Positions 30,286-41,548 are shown, counted from the stretch's first letter. The stretch: DNA of 64,000 nucleotides from Bdellovibrio sp. (GCA_036676395.1 JAKFCY010000003.1:288001-352000), one strand, 5' to 3'. Numbers and translations are program-made. Notes: generated from the sequence alone by a model not told the origin.

Positions 30286-33200
30286 ATGAAGTACTTTGGA
30301 ACAAGATTTATGAAATATTTTAGCAACAAAAATGAAAAAAGTGTGGAATCTTTTATCAAAATTTTTGCACTTTGTTTAGTTGCTGTATTCTGTCTAAGTT
30401 TTTACAGTTTAAAACATCTTTCATCTGAATATAACATCAAACAATTTTTTCCTAAGAAACATGCGTTACTTGAACAAGAGCGTCGTGTCGTTGCGCACTT
30501 TAAGCTGCAAGAGAAATCAAGCCTTGTGCTTATCCTTGAAAATAAGAATGCAGCACCCTGGATGAACCAGAAATTGATTAGTCAGTTGCGTGATTTTGCC
30601 ACAGATATCGAATCACAAAATACTGTAAAAACCCTATACAGTTTAGGCAAGATTCAGGGAACCTTCGAAGTGAATCAGGACTTATACGTAGGAGATCTAT
30701 TTGCGCAAGTGCCCGTAAAATACTGGAAACAAATGATTGCAACGCATCCGATTGCTAAACCAAATTTACTTTCTCAAAGCGGTAAGCAGACATTATTCGT
30801 GATCGAGTTAGCTGAAAATACGCCAGACAAAATGCAGGCGTTTCAAACCTTCATTTCCCATTTGCAAAAAACGAAATACCCAAACATTAAGGTGAATTAT
30901 GCAGGCGTTCCCTTATTACAAAATGATGTCGCAAAACTTTTAAAATCTGAACTGATTCGTTCGGTCATATTCGGAGTATTGGTTTTTATTGGTGTTCTGG
31001 CAGCTATTTTTGCCGGCTGGTCAGGATTAGTGCTTTCAGTTATTAACTTGGTCTTCGTAAATGTTATTAGTCTTAGTCTGTTAGTCTTATTAGGTATTAA
31101 GTTAGATGTTTTATTATCTACGCTGCCCGTGCTGGTCAGTTTAATGACGATTTCATTGACTGTGCATATTTTGTTACGTGTATCTGCAGTGACTGAATAT
31201 CAAAGCAATAACCTGAAAACTAAACTGATCGGTATTATTGAAAATTTGCGATCACACTTTCTGGAATATTTTTTAGCGACCTTAATGCCGGCTATTGGTT
31301 TTGTAATGTTAATGACTTCAGATATCGGTATTATTCACAAATACGGTAAATCCGTATCCACAGTGATTATCTTAAGCTGGTTTTTATCTCAGCTCTTTAT
31401 GATCCCTGCGTTATTGTTTTTACCAAAAGTGGTGCTGCGATCGTGGTCTTCAAAAAAGGCTTTTTGGAGTTTACATCTTCTTAAGTATAGCAATTCAGTA
31501 ATGGCCACTACATATAGTTTCTTAATTTTCGGCATCATTGGTTTTTTCTTTTTAAACTGGAATACCCGTTTATTTGATGATCTTCCTAAAGATAGCGCAA
31601 CTCGAATTAACACTGAAAAAATTGACTCTGTCTTCGGCGGAACAATTCCGGTATCTATTGTTTTATTCGGGCAAGAAAAAACTTGGGTCGATCCGAATGC
31701 AATGAAAAATTTAGATGCCTTATCTAAAGACTTAAAAAAACTGACTTCAGTGGGTTCAGTTATATCGACGGCTGATTTGTTAAAAAAATCTTCGCTTAAG
31801 GGCTCAAGACTTCCTGCGACTACAGCAGAAGCTTCAGAGTCTTTATTTTTATATTCAATGGCCGAAAAAGACCCGACGGCTTCATATTTAAACCAGTTAA
31901 ATTATCTAACTCGCTTAGGGTTAAGATTTAAAGATACTCCGTTTTATACACAACAAGCTGATTTAGAAAAATCCAAATACCTAATTCAAAAATATTTTCC
32001 GAATATTCGCTATAATATATCTGGTATGGGTGTAAGCGCACATCAATTAAATTCAGAGATGTCGAAAGAATTAATTTTTAGCTTTTGGCATGCGATCGTG
32101 GTCATCGGGTTAATTTTAGTTGTCGTATTTCGTTCTTATAAATGGGCTCTTATTGCTTGTCTGCCTAACTTGGTGCCGCCGCTTGCGCTTATTGCCATAC
32201 TAGCTGCAACGCGCACCCCGATTAAGCCAAGTGTTGCCATTATATTTTCAATAGCGATCGGCTTGGCATTTTCTAATACGGTGTACCTGCTTGGAAAACT
32301 TAAAAAAGTAATTAAAGAAAAAAATCTAATAGACTATTTACCGGTAAAGTCTATGCTCGTTTCAGAGATGATTCCTTGTTTATTGGCGACTGTACTTGTG
32401 GCTTCGGGATTTATTGTATTTACGTTTTCATATTTTGAAATGAATAAGATTTTTGGAGTATACATGATTCTTTCAATTTTTGCCGGGGCTTTTGCTGATC
32501 TTATGTTTTTACCCTCTTTTATCAGACGTTATCCAAAATTTTTATTACAAAAACAATCTATGCTACCACCAAAGTTAGTCACGGCAACAACAGCTGCAAC
32601 ATTTTTATTGTTGGTTGTCTTTTCACAAAAATCTTTTTCGGCCTCTGTTGATGTTGATACCTTATTAAAAAAATCAAAAGCATTAATCGCAAGTAAAGAT
32701 GATGTTGCCGACGTTAAAATGAAAATTATTGAAAAAGATGGTTCGGTTAAAGAACGTTCAATGCAAATTAAACGCAAGTTCGGCGCCAAACATATGACCC
32801 TTGTGCGTATGAAGTCTCCTGCAGATCTTAAAGGCACTGCTCTATTAAATGTGATCGAAGGCGGCGAAGAGAACCAATGGCTTTACTTGCCTTCAAGCAA
32901 ACAGGTGCGCCGAATTATGGGGCAACAGAATAAAAAAGCTGGAGTTTTAGGCTCAGAACTTACACCTGAAGATTTAGACATCACCACAGTTAAGGGTTCA
33001 AAAGCGACTTTGGTCAAAGAAGTGAAAGTCGGAAACCAAGCTTTTGCTTTAATTGAAATCAAATCAAATTCAAACACCACTGAATATTCAAAAGCCTTAG
33101 TGTTAGTGTCGCTAAAAAGCAGCTTACCTGCCCGCCTTGAGTACTACGATAAGCAAAATAAAGCCGTTAAACGTGTGGATTTTGAAAATTACATACAAGT

Positions 33201-33342
33201 AGGTGGAGCATATCGCGCTCAGTCAATAAAGGTGCGCAATTTAGTCAATAAAAGAGGCACCGATTTGATTCTTTCAAACATTAAATCAAATTCAGGTCTG
33301 ACTGAAGATGAGTTTTCTCAGCGCGCATTATCACGAGAGTAA
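30286..33342 (+). CDS. MMPL/RND-family transporter fused to a C-terminal LolA-like lipoprotein-sorting domain
   Basis: Two MMPL repeats (NYAGVP, LPNLVP, SIAIGL); C-terminal PADLKGTALL...QWLYLPS.KQVRRI...GSELTPEDL...FSQRAL. Confidence 0.88.
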   Translation: MKYFGTRFMKYFSNKNEKSVESFIKIFALCLVAVFCLSFYSLKHLSSEYNIKQFFPKKHALLEQERRVVAHFKLQEKSSLVLILENKNAAPWMNQKLISQLRDFATDIESQNTVKTLYSLGKIQGTFEVNQDLYVGDLFAQVPVKYWKQMIATHPIAKPNLLSQSGKQTLFVIELAENTPDKMQAFQTFISHLQKTKYPNIKVNYAGVPLLQNDVAKLLKSELIRSVIFGVLVFIGVLAAIFAGWSGLVLSVINLVFVNVISLSLLVLLGIKLDVLLSTLPVLVSLMTISLTVHILLRVSAVTEYQSNNLKTKLIGIIENLRSHFLEYFLATLMPAIGFVMLMTSDIGIIHKYGKSVSTVIILSWFLSQLFMIPALLFLPKVVLRSWSSKKAFWSLHLLKYSNSVMATTYSFLIFGIIGFFFLNWNTRLFDDLPKDSATRINTEKIDSVFGGTIPVSIVLFGQEKTWVDPNAMKNLDALSKDLKKLTSVGSVISTADLLKKSSLKGSRLPATTAEASESLFLYSMAEKDPTASYLNQLNYLTRLGLRFKDTPFYTQQADLEKSKYLIQKYFPNIRYNISGMGVSAHQLNSEMSKELIFSFWHAIVVIGLILVVVFRSYKWALIACLPNLVPPLALIAILAATRTPIKPSVAIIFSIAIGLAFSNTVYLLGKLKKVIKEKNLIDYLPVKSMLVSEMIPCLLATVLVASGFIVFTFSYFEMNKIFGVYMILSIFAGAFADLMFLPSFIRRYPKFLLQKQSMLPPKLVTATTAATFLLLVVFSQKSFSASVDVDTLLKKSKALIASKDDVADVKMKIIEKDGSVKERSMQIKRKFGAKHMTLVRMKSPADLKGTALLNVIEGGEENQWLYLPSSKQVRRIMGQQNKKAGVLGSELTPEDLDITTVKGSKATLVKEVKVGNQAFALIEIKSNSNTTEYSKALVLVSLKSSLPARLEYYDKQNKAVKRVDFENYIQVGGAYRAQSIKVRNLVNKRGTDLILSNIKSNSGLTEDEFSQRALSRE

Positions 33343-33415
33343 AAGCACTAAAACCGTTTGTTTCTTGTAAATTAACCATGGTAAATTCTCTGACTCAGAG
33401 AGAGGTAATTTACCT

Positions 33416-34975
33416 ATGCAAGAAAATGTAATGCAGCTAAAAATTCAAGATCTTGAAAAAAGAAACGACAAAGCATTTGCCGGTGGTGGTGCAGATAAAA
33501 TTGCAAAACACAAACAAGGCGGAAGACTTACAGCACGTGAACGTGTTGAAGTTTTAGTTGATCCAGGCAGCTTCGTTGAAACTGATCGTTTCATGACTCA
33601 TCGTTGTACTAACTTCGGTATGGAAAAAAATAAAGTTCCAGGTGATGGCATCATCACTGGTTACGGCCGCATCAACGGAAAACTGATTTATCTTTCTTCG
33701 CAGGATTTCACGGTTAACGGCGGATCAATGTCTCGCACTCAGGCGAATAAAATTTGTAAAGTGATGGATCTAGCTCTTAAAAATGGAGCTCCATTTATTT
33801 CAATCAACGATTCTGGTGGTGCGCGGATTCAAGAAGGTATCGAATCTCTTGGTGGTTACGCCGATATCTTTACCCGCAATGTTTTATCATCGGGTGTGAT
33901 TCCGCAAATTACCGCAATCATGGGGCCGTGCGCTGGTGGAGCGGTTTATTCTCCGTCGATCACTGATTTCGTATTCATGGTTGAAAACACTTCGTACATG
34001 TTTGTAACTGGTCCTGATGTTATTAAAACAGTAACTCATGAAGATGTGACTAAAGAAGATTTAGGTGGTGCAGTTACTCATTCACAAAAATCTGGCGTAT
34101 GTCATTTCACGGCGACTGATGATAAACACTGCTTATTATTAATCCGCGAATTAATGAACTTTATCCCTTCAAATAACTTGGATGATTCTCCTACTTTAGG
34201 AACTAAAGATACTCCTGATCGCATCAATGAAGCTTTAAATAAGTTGATTCCTGATAACCCGAAAAAACCTTACGACATGTTACAAGTGATTTCAGAAGTT
34301 GTAGATGAAGGTTATTTCTTAGAAGTTCATAAAAACTTCGCACAAAATATTATCGTAGGTTATGCCCGCATGAATGGCCGCCCTGTAGGTATCGTTGCCA
34401 ACCAACCACAAATTTTAGCCGGATGTTTAAATATCGACGCTTCAAGAAAAGCGGCTCGCTTTATTCGTTTTTGTGATGCGTTTAATATTCCAATTGTATC
34501 ATTTGTTGACGTTCCGGGTTTCTTACCGGGCCGTGACCAAGAATGGAATGGAATTATCACTCATGGTGCAAAACTTCTTTATGCTTACGCTGAAGCAACT
34601 GTTCCGAAAGTTACAGTGATTACGCGTAAAGCTTACGGTGGTGCTTACATCGTGATGGGCTCTAAATTATTACGTTCAGATGTGAACTTAGCTTACCCGT
34701 CTGCTGAAATCGCCGTTATGGGCGCTGAAGGCGCGGTAAATATTATTCACCGTGAAAAAATCGCAAAGGCTGCTGACCCTGCTGCTGAAAAAGCAAAACT
34801 CACTGCTGAATATGAACAAATGTTTTCTAACCCGTATGTTTCTGCAGAACTTGGTTACACTGATGAAGTGATCGAACCAGCACTAACTCGTAAACGCGTG
34901 ATTGATTCTTTGGAAATGCTTCGCAATAAACGCGAAATCAATCCACCGAAAAAACACGGAAACATTCCACTTTAA
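33416..34975 (+). CDS. pccB: Acyl-CoA carboxylase carboxyltransferase (beta) subunit
   Basis: [35 protein letters not shown]. Confidence 0.92.
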   Translation: MQENVMQLKIQDLEKRNDKAFAGGGADKIAKHKQGGRLTARERVEVLVDPGSFVETDRFMTHRCTNFGMEKNKVPGDGIITGYGRINGKLIYLSSQDFTVNGGSMSRTQANKICKVMDLALKNGAPFISINDSGGARIQEGIESLGGYADIFTRNVLSSGVIPQITAIMGPCAGGAVYSPSITDFVFMVENTSYMFVTGPDVIKTVTHEDVTKEDLGGAVTHSQKSGVCHFTATDDKHCLLLIRELMNFIPSNNLDDSPTLGTKDTPDRINEALNKLIPDNPKKPYDMLQVISEVVDEGYFLEVHKNFAQNIIVGYARMNGRPVGIVANQPQILAGCLNIDASRKAARFIRFCDAFNIPIVSFVDVPGFLPGRDQEWNGIITHGAKLLYAYAEATVPKVTVITRKAYGGAYIVMGSKLLRSDVNLAYPSAEIAVMGAEGAVNIIHREKIAKAADPAAEKAKLTAEYEQMFSNPYVSAELGYTDEVIEPALTRKRVIDSLEMLRNKREINPPKKHGNIPL

Positions 34976-34987
34976 GAAGGGGTCGAT

Positions 34988-36520
34988 ATGCATAGTCATG
35001 AAATTTCAACTCCACAGAATGCCCCGTTTAAAAAGATTTTAATCGCTAACCGCGGTGAAATCGCGATTCGTGTAACTCGTGCTTGCCGCGAGTTAGGAAT
35101 TGCAACAGTGGCTGTATTTAGTGATGCTGATCGCGAAAGTTTACATGTGTTCTTAGCTGATGAAGCTTACCATATCGGACCAAGCCCATCTAAAGAAAGC
35201 TATTTAAATTATAAAAAAATTATCGAAGTTGCAAAAAAAGCTAACGTAGATGCAATTCATCCAGGCTATGGATTCTTGTCTGAAAATCCAGTTTTCGTAA
35301 GAGCTTGTAAAGAAGCCGGCATCACGTTTATCGGACCAACTCCTGAAAATATGGAATCAATGGGAGATAAATTATCTGCGAAAGCTTTAATGAAAAAAGC
35401 TGGTGTTCCTTTGGTTCCGGGATCTGATGGCGGGGTTGAAACTGTTGAAGAAGCTTTAGTTGTTGCTAAAAAAATCGGTTTACCAATCATTATTAAGGCA
35501 ACTGCTGGTGGTGGTGGTAAAGGAATGCGCGTTGTTCGTCAAGAATCAGAGATCGAAAGTGCCTTTCGCGCTTGCCGCTCTGAGGGGCAAAACTATTTCG
35601 CCAATCCTACAGTATATATCGAAAGATTTATTAACGATCCAAAACATATCGAAATTCAAATATTCGGTGATACTCACGGAAACGTAGTTCATTTATTTGA
35701 ACGCGAATGCTCGGTACAACGTCGTCACCAAAAAATTATTGAAGAATCACCGTCTCCATCTGTTCCAATGGATGTGAAACTTAAAATGGGTGATTGCGCA
35801 GTTCGTGCCGCTAAATCAATTGGTTATGTTGGGGCCGGTACAATCGAATTTATTTTTGATAACCAAACTAAAGAATTCTTCTTCATGGAGATGAATACTC
35901 GTTTGCAAGTTGAACATCCGATCACAGAACTTGTTATCGGTGTAGATCTTGTGAAAGAGCAAATTTTTGTCGCCAAAGGTAATGAACTGAGCTTCAAACA
36001 AGAAGACATCAAACAAAAAGGTCATGCCATTGAAGCACGTATTTGTGCTGAAGACCCAACAACGTATAAACCATCACCTGGTTTAATTCGTGCTTGTCGT
36101 CATCCACAAGGGCCATTCTTACGTATCGATTCATATGCTTACCCTGGTTATGAAGTGCCTATCTATTACGATCCAATGATTGCTAAAGTCATCACTTGGG
36201 GTGATACGCGTGAAGAAGCCATTGATCGTATGCAAAGAGCTTTAGCTGAATTCGTATTAACTGGAATTAAAACGAATATCGTTTTACATCGCACTATCTT
36301 AGGCCACCCTAAGTTCTTAGATGGATCATACACAACTCAATTCATTGAAAAGAATTTTGAAGTGTTAGAGCCGCAAATGTTTCGCGAAGTTAACGACAAG
36401 GTATTCTTGATTGCAGCCGCAATTACAGCTTTCGAAGACCGTAAATCAAAAGATGTGCGCAGATACAACGTGCGCTCTAACTGGCGCAGTCTTAGCCGTA
36501 AAATTCAATTAAGAACTTAG
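34988..36520 (+). CDS. accC: Biotin carboxylase subunit
   Basis: ILIANRGEIA, HPGYGFLSEN, ECSVQRRHQK, EMNTRLQVEH. Confidence 0.93.
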   Translation: MHSHEISTPQNAPFKKILIANRGEIAIRVTRACRELGIATVAVFSDADRESLHVFLADEAYHIGPSPSKESYLNYKKIIEVAKKANVDAIHPGYGFLSENPVFVRACKEAGITFIGPTPENMESMGDKLSAKALMKKAGVPLVPGSDGGVETVEEALVVAKKIGLPIIIKATAGGGGKGMRVVRQESEIESAFRACRSEGQNYFANPTVYIERFINDPKHIEIQIFGDTHGNVVHLFERECSVQRRHQKIIEESPSPSVPMDVKLKMGDCAVRAAKSIGYVGAGTIEFIFDNQTKEFFFMEMNTRLQVEHPITELVIGVDLVKEQIFVAKGNELSFKQEDIKQKGHAIEARICAEDPTTYKPSPGLIRACRHPQGPFLRIDSYAYPGYEVPIYYDPMIAKVITWGDTREEAIDRMQRALAEFVLTGIKTNIVLHRTILGHPKFLDGSYTTQFIEKNFEVLEPQMFREVNDKVFLIAAAITAFEDRKSKDVRRYNVRSNWRSLSRKIQLRT

Positions 36521-36533
36521 TAAGGAATTAGAT

Positions 36534-37061
36534 ATGTATTTTGAAGCAGAACTAAAAGATAAAAAATATAAAGTCGATGTTCACGAAGAACGTCATTCTT
36601 GGAAGGTCTCTTTACAACAAGATGGCCAGGACTGGCAGCACTACGATATTTCTAAAACTGATTTTCAGCATGCTGAAGAGTATGTGAGCTTTCTATTTGA
36701 TGGAAAGTCATACCTTATCGACGTGCTCGGACAAGACACTGAATACACAGTATTCATTCGTAATTCGTTTCGTACGATCAAAATTTTCAATGATGAAATG
36801 TTATTACATGAATCATTAAAAAAAGGCGGCGGCGCTGGATCAAACATTGAATTAAAAGCTGGTATGCCAGGTAAAGTGATTGAAATCTTTGTTAAAGAAG
36901 GTGAAATCGTTAAGGCTGGTAAACCATTGTTAATTATGGAAGCCATGAAAATGGAAAATGAAATGCGTGCATCCAGCGATGTTAAGATCAAACAGATCTG
37001 CATCAAGCAAGGCGACTCGGTCGAAAACGGAGCTGTCTTAATTAGATTCGAAAAACCATAA
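36534..37061 (+). CDS. Biotin carboxyl carrier protein
   Basis: EAMKMENE biotinylation motif. Confidence 0.93.
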   Translation: MYFEAELKDKKYKVDVHEERHSWKVSLQQDGQDWQHYDISKTDFQHAEEYVSFLFDGKSYLIDVLGQDTEYTVFIRNSFRTIKIFNDEMLLHESLKKGGGAGSNIELKAGMPGKVIEIFVKEGEIVKAGKPLLIMEAMKMENEMRASSDVKIKQICIKQGDSVENGAVLIRFEKP

Positions 37062-37063
37062 AT

Positions 37064-37094
37064 AAAAAAAGCTCCTTAACCGGAGCTTTTTTTT
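37064..37094. terminator. Bidirectional intrinsic terminator
   Basis: AAAAAAAGCTCC-ttaacc-GGAGCTTTTTTTT between convergent genes. Confidence 0.85.
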
Positions 37095-37118
37095 GCTTTA
37101 AATTTGAAAATCTAAAAA

Positions 37119-37868
37119 CTATAAAGCTGAAAAATTACCTAAACCATCGATATGGTATGAATAAGACTGTGTCTCTTTTTTCAAGATTGTAGAAACCGTC
37201 CAATTAATATTTATAATCATACCAGCTAAAGGATTTGTTGAAGTTCCTTTATTATATACTGATTCAACTGCAGCTTGTACGTTGAATGTGTATAGGTAAG
37301 CTGTTTTAAATTCTTGTGGCTCTACCGACACATAACCAATGTATTTACCTTGGCCTTTATAGCTGCCATTAGTTAGATAAATGATTTTGTAAACTAATTT
37401 AGCCACTTCGACATTGTATAAATTTTTATACGTAATTTCGTAGTATTTAGATTGTGGGTTTTTCCAACCTTCTAACTGTTGCCAGGCTGTAATATTTTGT
37501 GGAACCGCAGACGCTTTTGCCATCTTTTGATAGTTTGCTACTGGTTTTCCTTTTTCTAAAACATTCCAGATTTTTGTACCTATATTAATGATTTTATCGA
37601 CAATGATTTCGACTTGATTCAATTGCCCGATCACTTGATCAAACGGCCCACCAACGCCCAGATCAGCTTCAATAGCTTCACGTTGCAGTGCTGCTTGTTC
37701 TATTTTAAATCGGTTTTTCTTTTGGTATTTTTCGGTGACATCGCGAACTTCGACGTTAAGCGGCGTCAATTGATCCATCATCTCTTGCGAGATGTCGCGT
37801 GGATCAGCGGCGTTAGCTAATATCGGCATTGCAAGACTTGCGAGAACAATAATCGTTAAAAACTTCAT
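37119..37868 (-). CDS. Secreted hypothetical protein
   Basis: Start MKFLTIIV at 37868 with GGGGGA SD; signal peptide ending ANA-A. Confidence 0.75.
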   Translation of the reverse strand: MKFLTIIVLASLAMPILANAADPRDISQEMMDQLTPLNVEVRDVTEKYQKKNRFKIEQAALQREAIEADLGVGGPFDQVIGQLNQVEIIVDKIINIGTKIWNVLEKGKPVANYQKMAKASAVPQNITAWQQLEGWKNPQSKYYEITYKNLYNVEVAKLVYKIIYLTNGSYKGQGKYIGYVSVEPQEFKTAYLYTFNVQAAVESVYNKGTSTNPLAGMIININWTVSTILKKETQSYSYHIDGLGNFSAL

Positions 37869-38062
37869 ACTTCCCCCTGTGGATGTGGGGCCACCATATA
37901 ATTGGGTGTTGTTTATTATCAACAATCTTTGAGCACAATTGTAAAGAATCAAAGATCGTCAAAAAAATTGTCACTCTCGTGCCAACGAGGTTAATTGTCC
38001 CTCCATCGGTTTAAATCATCATGGCATGTTCAATGCTTTAATAGCGCCTGTATAGAGGAACC

Positions 38063-40930
38063 GTGGATCAATCATCACCTAACAAAAACTTAACAGCACT
38101 AAGTTTGAAGCTTACACGTTGGCTTTCTGGGATTGTTTTACTGATTCCTATTGTTGTAACCATTGGCCATGCTTTTGAGATCCCGGTTTTAACTGGTCAA
38201 GTCGGCGAATATCCCCCTATGCGCACAAACAGTTCGCTTGGGGTATTTATTTTATCTCTTAGCATTTTTTTAACATCGATAAAAAATGCGCCGCGATTTA
38301 TTATTGCGCTGGGTGCAGCGTTCACTTTGTTACTCGGAAGCTTGAACTTAGCGGGGCATTTTTTGCCTTTTACGAGCGGGGTGCCGACTCCTCAAGTAGC
38401 GTTAAATTTTATCTTGATGGGAGCTAGTGTAATTATTTATTGTTATCTGCCCCGCCTAATAAGGCTTGCACAGTACATGGTTTTATTTGCTTGTCTTAAC
38501 GCTGAAATTGCAATAACTGGGTATATCTTTAATGCCACCGAGCTTTATGGTTTTCCGATGTACAGACAAAACATGGGAATGTCTGTACCCACTACCGCGT
38601 CTTTTCTTATGCTTGCTTTAGCTATAATTTGTAGTCGCCCAGACGTAGGCTTAACCAAGATTCTATTTCGCGAAAAATCTGCAAGCGGTGCCGTGGCACG
38701 AAAACTTTTTCTGACAGTCATTCTTGGCCCTCTGGTTATCGGCGTAATTACCCACCTGGGTTTGTTTTTTGGTCTTTATGAAGACAAGGCGCATGACGCC
38801 CTGTTTGTTATCCTTTTTATCGCAATGATTATTCGCAATACGTGGCAATCCGTAAAACAATCTGAAATTCAGGAACTGCGAGTCGAACAGGCCTTAATCG
38901 AAAAAAACTTATCTGAAGCAAGGGCCACCGGAATCATTTCTATTTCTGCTGATGCTATCATTTCGATAGATCGCCGCCAAAAGATAGTTCTTTTTAATGA
39001 GGGCGCAGAAAAAATTTTTGGATACAGCAAGGCGGAAATGTTAGGAAACAAATTAGATCAACTTATTCCCGAACGCTTTCGCAAAAATCACCATCACGAC
39101 GTAGACAAATTTTCTTCTGAAAAAAATGCAGCTCGTCGTATGGGCGAGCGTGGCACCACGATTTATGGACTTAGAAAAAATGGAGAAGAGTTTCCGGCCG
39201 ATGCGGCAATTTCAAATATTAACGTCGGTGGAAATCAACTGATGACTGTGACCTTACGAGACATCACTGACAGGGTACGTATCGAAAAAGCACAGAAATT
39301 ATTGGCAGAAGTTGGGTCGGCCTTAGCTGAAGGTGGGCTTAATTTAGAAAAAATGATTCAAAAGCTTGCCGAAGTCTCGGTTAGAAATTTAGGTGATTAT
39401 TGTATTTTAAATATTGCTTGTGCCAGTAATGATTGTGACATTCTAAAAATTGTCGCTAACGACGCAAACAACAACCAAAAGTGCGATGATTTATCGAATC
39501 TTATCAAATCAGGGGCATTTGCGCATTTAATCGCTCAATCTGAAGAATCTTTAATAATTGAAAATGTAACCGATTACCAACGTTCGCTATTAGCTGGCAA
39601 CGAAACTGAATTACAAACGTTGCACAATTTAAATCTGATCTCATTGATGTCTGTTCCTTTAATCGCCAAACAAAAATATATTGGCACCCTGGTAATAATA
39701 TCAGCCACGCAGAATCGTCGTTATCATGATCTTGATTTACATTTGGCCGAAGCAGTTGCCCTGCGCGCAGCTCTATCGATCGAGAATTCTCATCTTTACA
39801 ATGAATCTCAGAAAGCCATCACCAGTCGTGAAGAAATTTTAGCCATCGTCTCGCATGATCTAAAAAGTCCACTAACCACAATTAAATTAATCGGCGAAAC
39901 ACTGCAGCTACTTGATTCTCCAGACAAAAAAACTTGCGATTCATTCGCAAAAAAAATTAGCAAATCTGTCAAACAAATGCAGGTGCTTATCGGTGATTTA
40001 TTAGATTTTGCCAAAATCCAAAGTGGTTCTTTTTCAGTCAGCAAACAAAGCGAAAATCTTTTGGATGCACTTCGGGAAACCACTGAGTCAGTCCAAGCAC
40101 AAGCTGAAGCTAACCATCAAACTTTGGTTATGGATTTTGCAGCTGACTTACCGAAAGTAACTATTGATCTGCCGCGAATAGTTCAAGTCATATCAAATCT
40201 ATTAAGTAACGCCATAAAGTTTACTCCTGCGAGTGGCACGATTAAAATTTCGGCCGTTGTTCTTAAATCCGATATCTTAGTCTCTGTTTCAGATACAGGC
40301 CCAGGAATTGCCCCTGAAAATTTAACTAAAATCTTTGATCGCTTCTGGCAAGTTGATTCTGCGAAACACAAAGGCAGCGGCTTAGGTTTATCAATTGCTA
40401 AAGGAATTATTCAAGCCCATGGCGGGAAAATTTGGGCTGAAAGCGAATTGCAAAAAGGAACTACTTTTTATTTCACCTTACCAATAGTTTATGCAGAAAA
40501 AACTGAATTTGCTCGTCGTATTATCGACATGTCAAATTCTTCAACTAGCCTTTTACATGGCCAGCACATTTTAGTTGTCGATGATTCGCCGGATAATCTA
40601 TTTTTAATAAAACATTTACTTGAAAGTATGGGGGCAGAAGTTTCTGTGGCAGATAATGTAAAAACAGCATTATCGCGTATTAAGTTTTCTTTGCCTGATG
40701 TTTTGTTTACAGACATCGAAATGCCTGAGGAAACTGGTTACGATCTGCTTTCTCAATTACGTGAATCTACTGATTCGCAGAACAACCCAATACCGGTCGT
40801 TGCATTAACTGGGCACGAAGATAAACAAGAGCTCGATAAAATCAAGGCTGCCGGTTTTGATTTATGTTTGTCAAAACCTATTAATTTAGAAAAATTAGTT
40901 TCGGCTATATTACAATTTACAAATCACTAA
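38063..40930 (+). CDS. Hybrid sensor histidine kinase (TM-PAS-GAF-HisKA-HATPase-REC)
   Basis: PAS FNEGAEKIFGY, SHDLKSPL, NLLSNAIKFT, DTGPG, GSGLGL, LVVDD...DIEMP...SKP. Confidence 0.93.
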   Translation: MDQSSPNKNLTALSLKLTRWLSGIVLLIPIVVTIGHAFEIPVLTGQVGEYPPMRTNSSLGVFILSLSIFLTSIKNAPRFIIALGAAFTLLLGSLNLAGHFLPFTSGVPTPQVALNFILMGASVIIYCYLPRLIRLAQYMVLFACLNAEIAITGYIFNATELYGFPMYRQNMGMSVPTTASFLMLALAIICSRPDVGLTKILFREKSASGAVARKLFLTVILGPLVIGVITHLGLFFGLYEDKAHDALFVILFIAMIIRNTWQSVKQSEIQELRVEQALIEKNLSEARATGIISISADAIISIDRRQKIVLFNEGAEKIFGYSKAEMLGNKLDQLIPERFRKNHHHDVDKFSSEKNAARRMGERGTTIYGLRKNGEEFPADAAISNINVGGNQLMTVTLRDITDRVRIEKAQKLLAEVGSALAEGGLNLEKMIQKLAEVSVRNLGDYCILNIACASNDCDILKIVANDANNNQKCDDLSNLIKSGAFAHLIAQSEESLIIENVTDYQRSLLAGNETELQTLHNLNLISLMSVPLIAKQKYIGTLVIISATQNRRYHDLDLHLAEAVALRAALSIENSHLYNESQKAITSREEILAIVSHDLKSPLTTIKLIGETLQLLDSPDKKTCDSFAKKISKSVKQMQVLIGDLLDFAKIQSGSFSVSKQSENLLDALRETTESVQAQAEANHQTLVMDFAADLPKVTIDLPRIVQVISNLLSNAIKFTPASGTIKISAVVLKSDILVSVSDTGPGIAPENLTKIFDRFWQVDSAKHKGSGLGLSIAKGIIQAHGGKIWAESELQKGTTFYFTLPIVYAEKTEFARRIIDMSNSSTSLLHGQHILVVDDSPDNLFLIKHLLESMGAEVSVADNVKTALSRIKFSLPDVLFTDIEMPEETGYDLLSQLRESTDSQNNPIPVVALTGHEDKQELDKIKAAGFDLCLSKPINLEKLVSAILQFTNH

Positions 40931-41538
40931 ATCTTTTTTAGTAATTCTTCTTTTTTAGCTGTGTATTCAGCTTCTGAAAGGGCGCCTGATTGATATAGCT
41001 TGTGTAGGTCTTCGATAACTTTTGACACATCTGCTGATTGTGAAGAAGACACCGTAGATGTTGTCGTGTTCACTGAACTTGCCGCATTTGAAACTTCTGC
41101 TGAATCACCAGCTAAGCGATTAAAAATAACTTTAACTTCAGCTAACCAAACTTGAAAATAATTTAAATCTGGCGCGTCTTGGTTGACCACAACACTTTCA
41201 GCAATCATATCGTGGAGTGTTTGGCGTCTAGCCGTAAATAAGTTCATTAAATAACCAATACCCAAAACAAAACCAGATAAAATACTGCAAAAATATCTAA
41301 TGTAAGATTGTTTTAATGTTAAACGTTCACCCGTTTCAGATAAAACAACCATTCTCATCATGGCTTTTCCAGGTGTGCCTTTTAACGGTGATGCTTCAAA
41401 AACCGGTTTATATAATAAGCCAAGAACAAGCCCGCCGACATAAGGAACTAATGTTCCTAAGATAGCCGCTGGAATTAACATAATTAATGCATCAATAACT
41501 GTGGCCATAAAACGTCGCCAAAAACCTGAATAAACCAT
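40927..41538 (-). CDS. RDD-family membrane protein with C-terminal SHOCT domain
   Basis: GFWRRFMATVID, TPGK, RQTLHD; LYQSGALSEAEYTAKKEELL. Confidence 0.88.
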   Translation of the reverse strand: MVYSGFWRRFMATVIDALIMLIPAAILGTLVPYVGGLVLGLLYKPVFEASPLKGTPGKAMMRMVVLSETGERLTLKQSYIRYFCSILSGFVLGIGYLMNLFTARRQTLHDMIAESVVVNQDAPDLNYFQVWLAEVKVIFNRLAGDSAEVSNAASSVNTTTSTVSSSQSADVSKVIEDLHKLYQSGALSEAEYTAKKEELLKKI

Positions 41539-41548
41539 TTAAATCTCC

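Noticed and set aside
30243..30359. Overlap between the 28764..30359 ORF and the MMPL gene
   Set aside because: A better start with SD at 30242 removes the overlap
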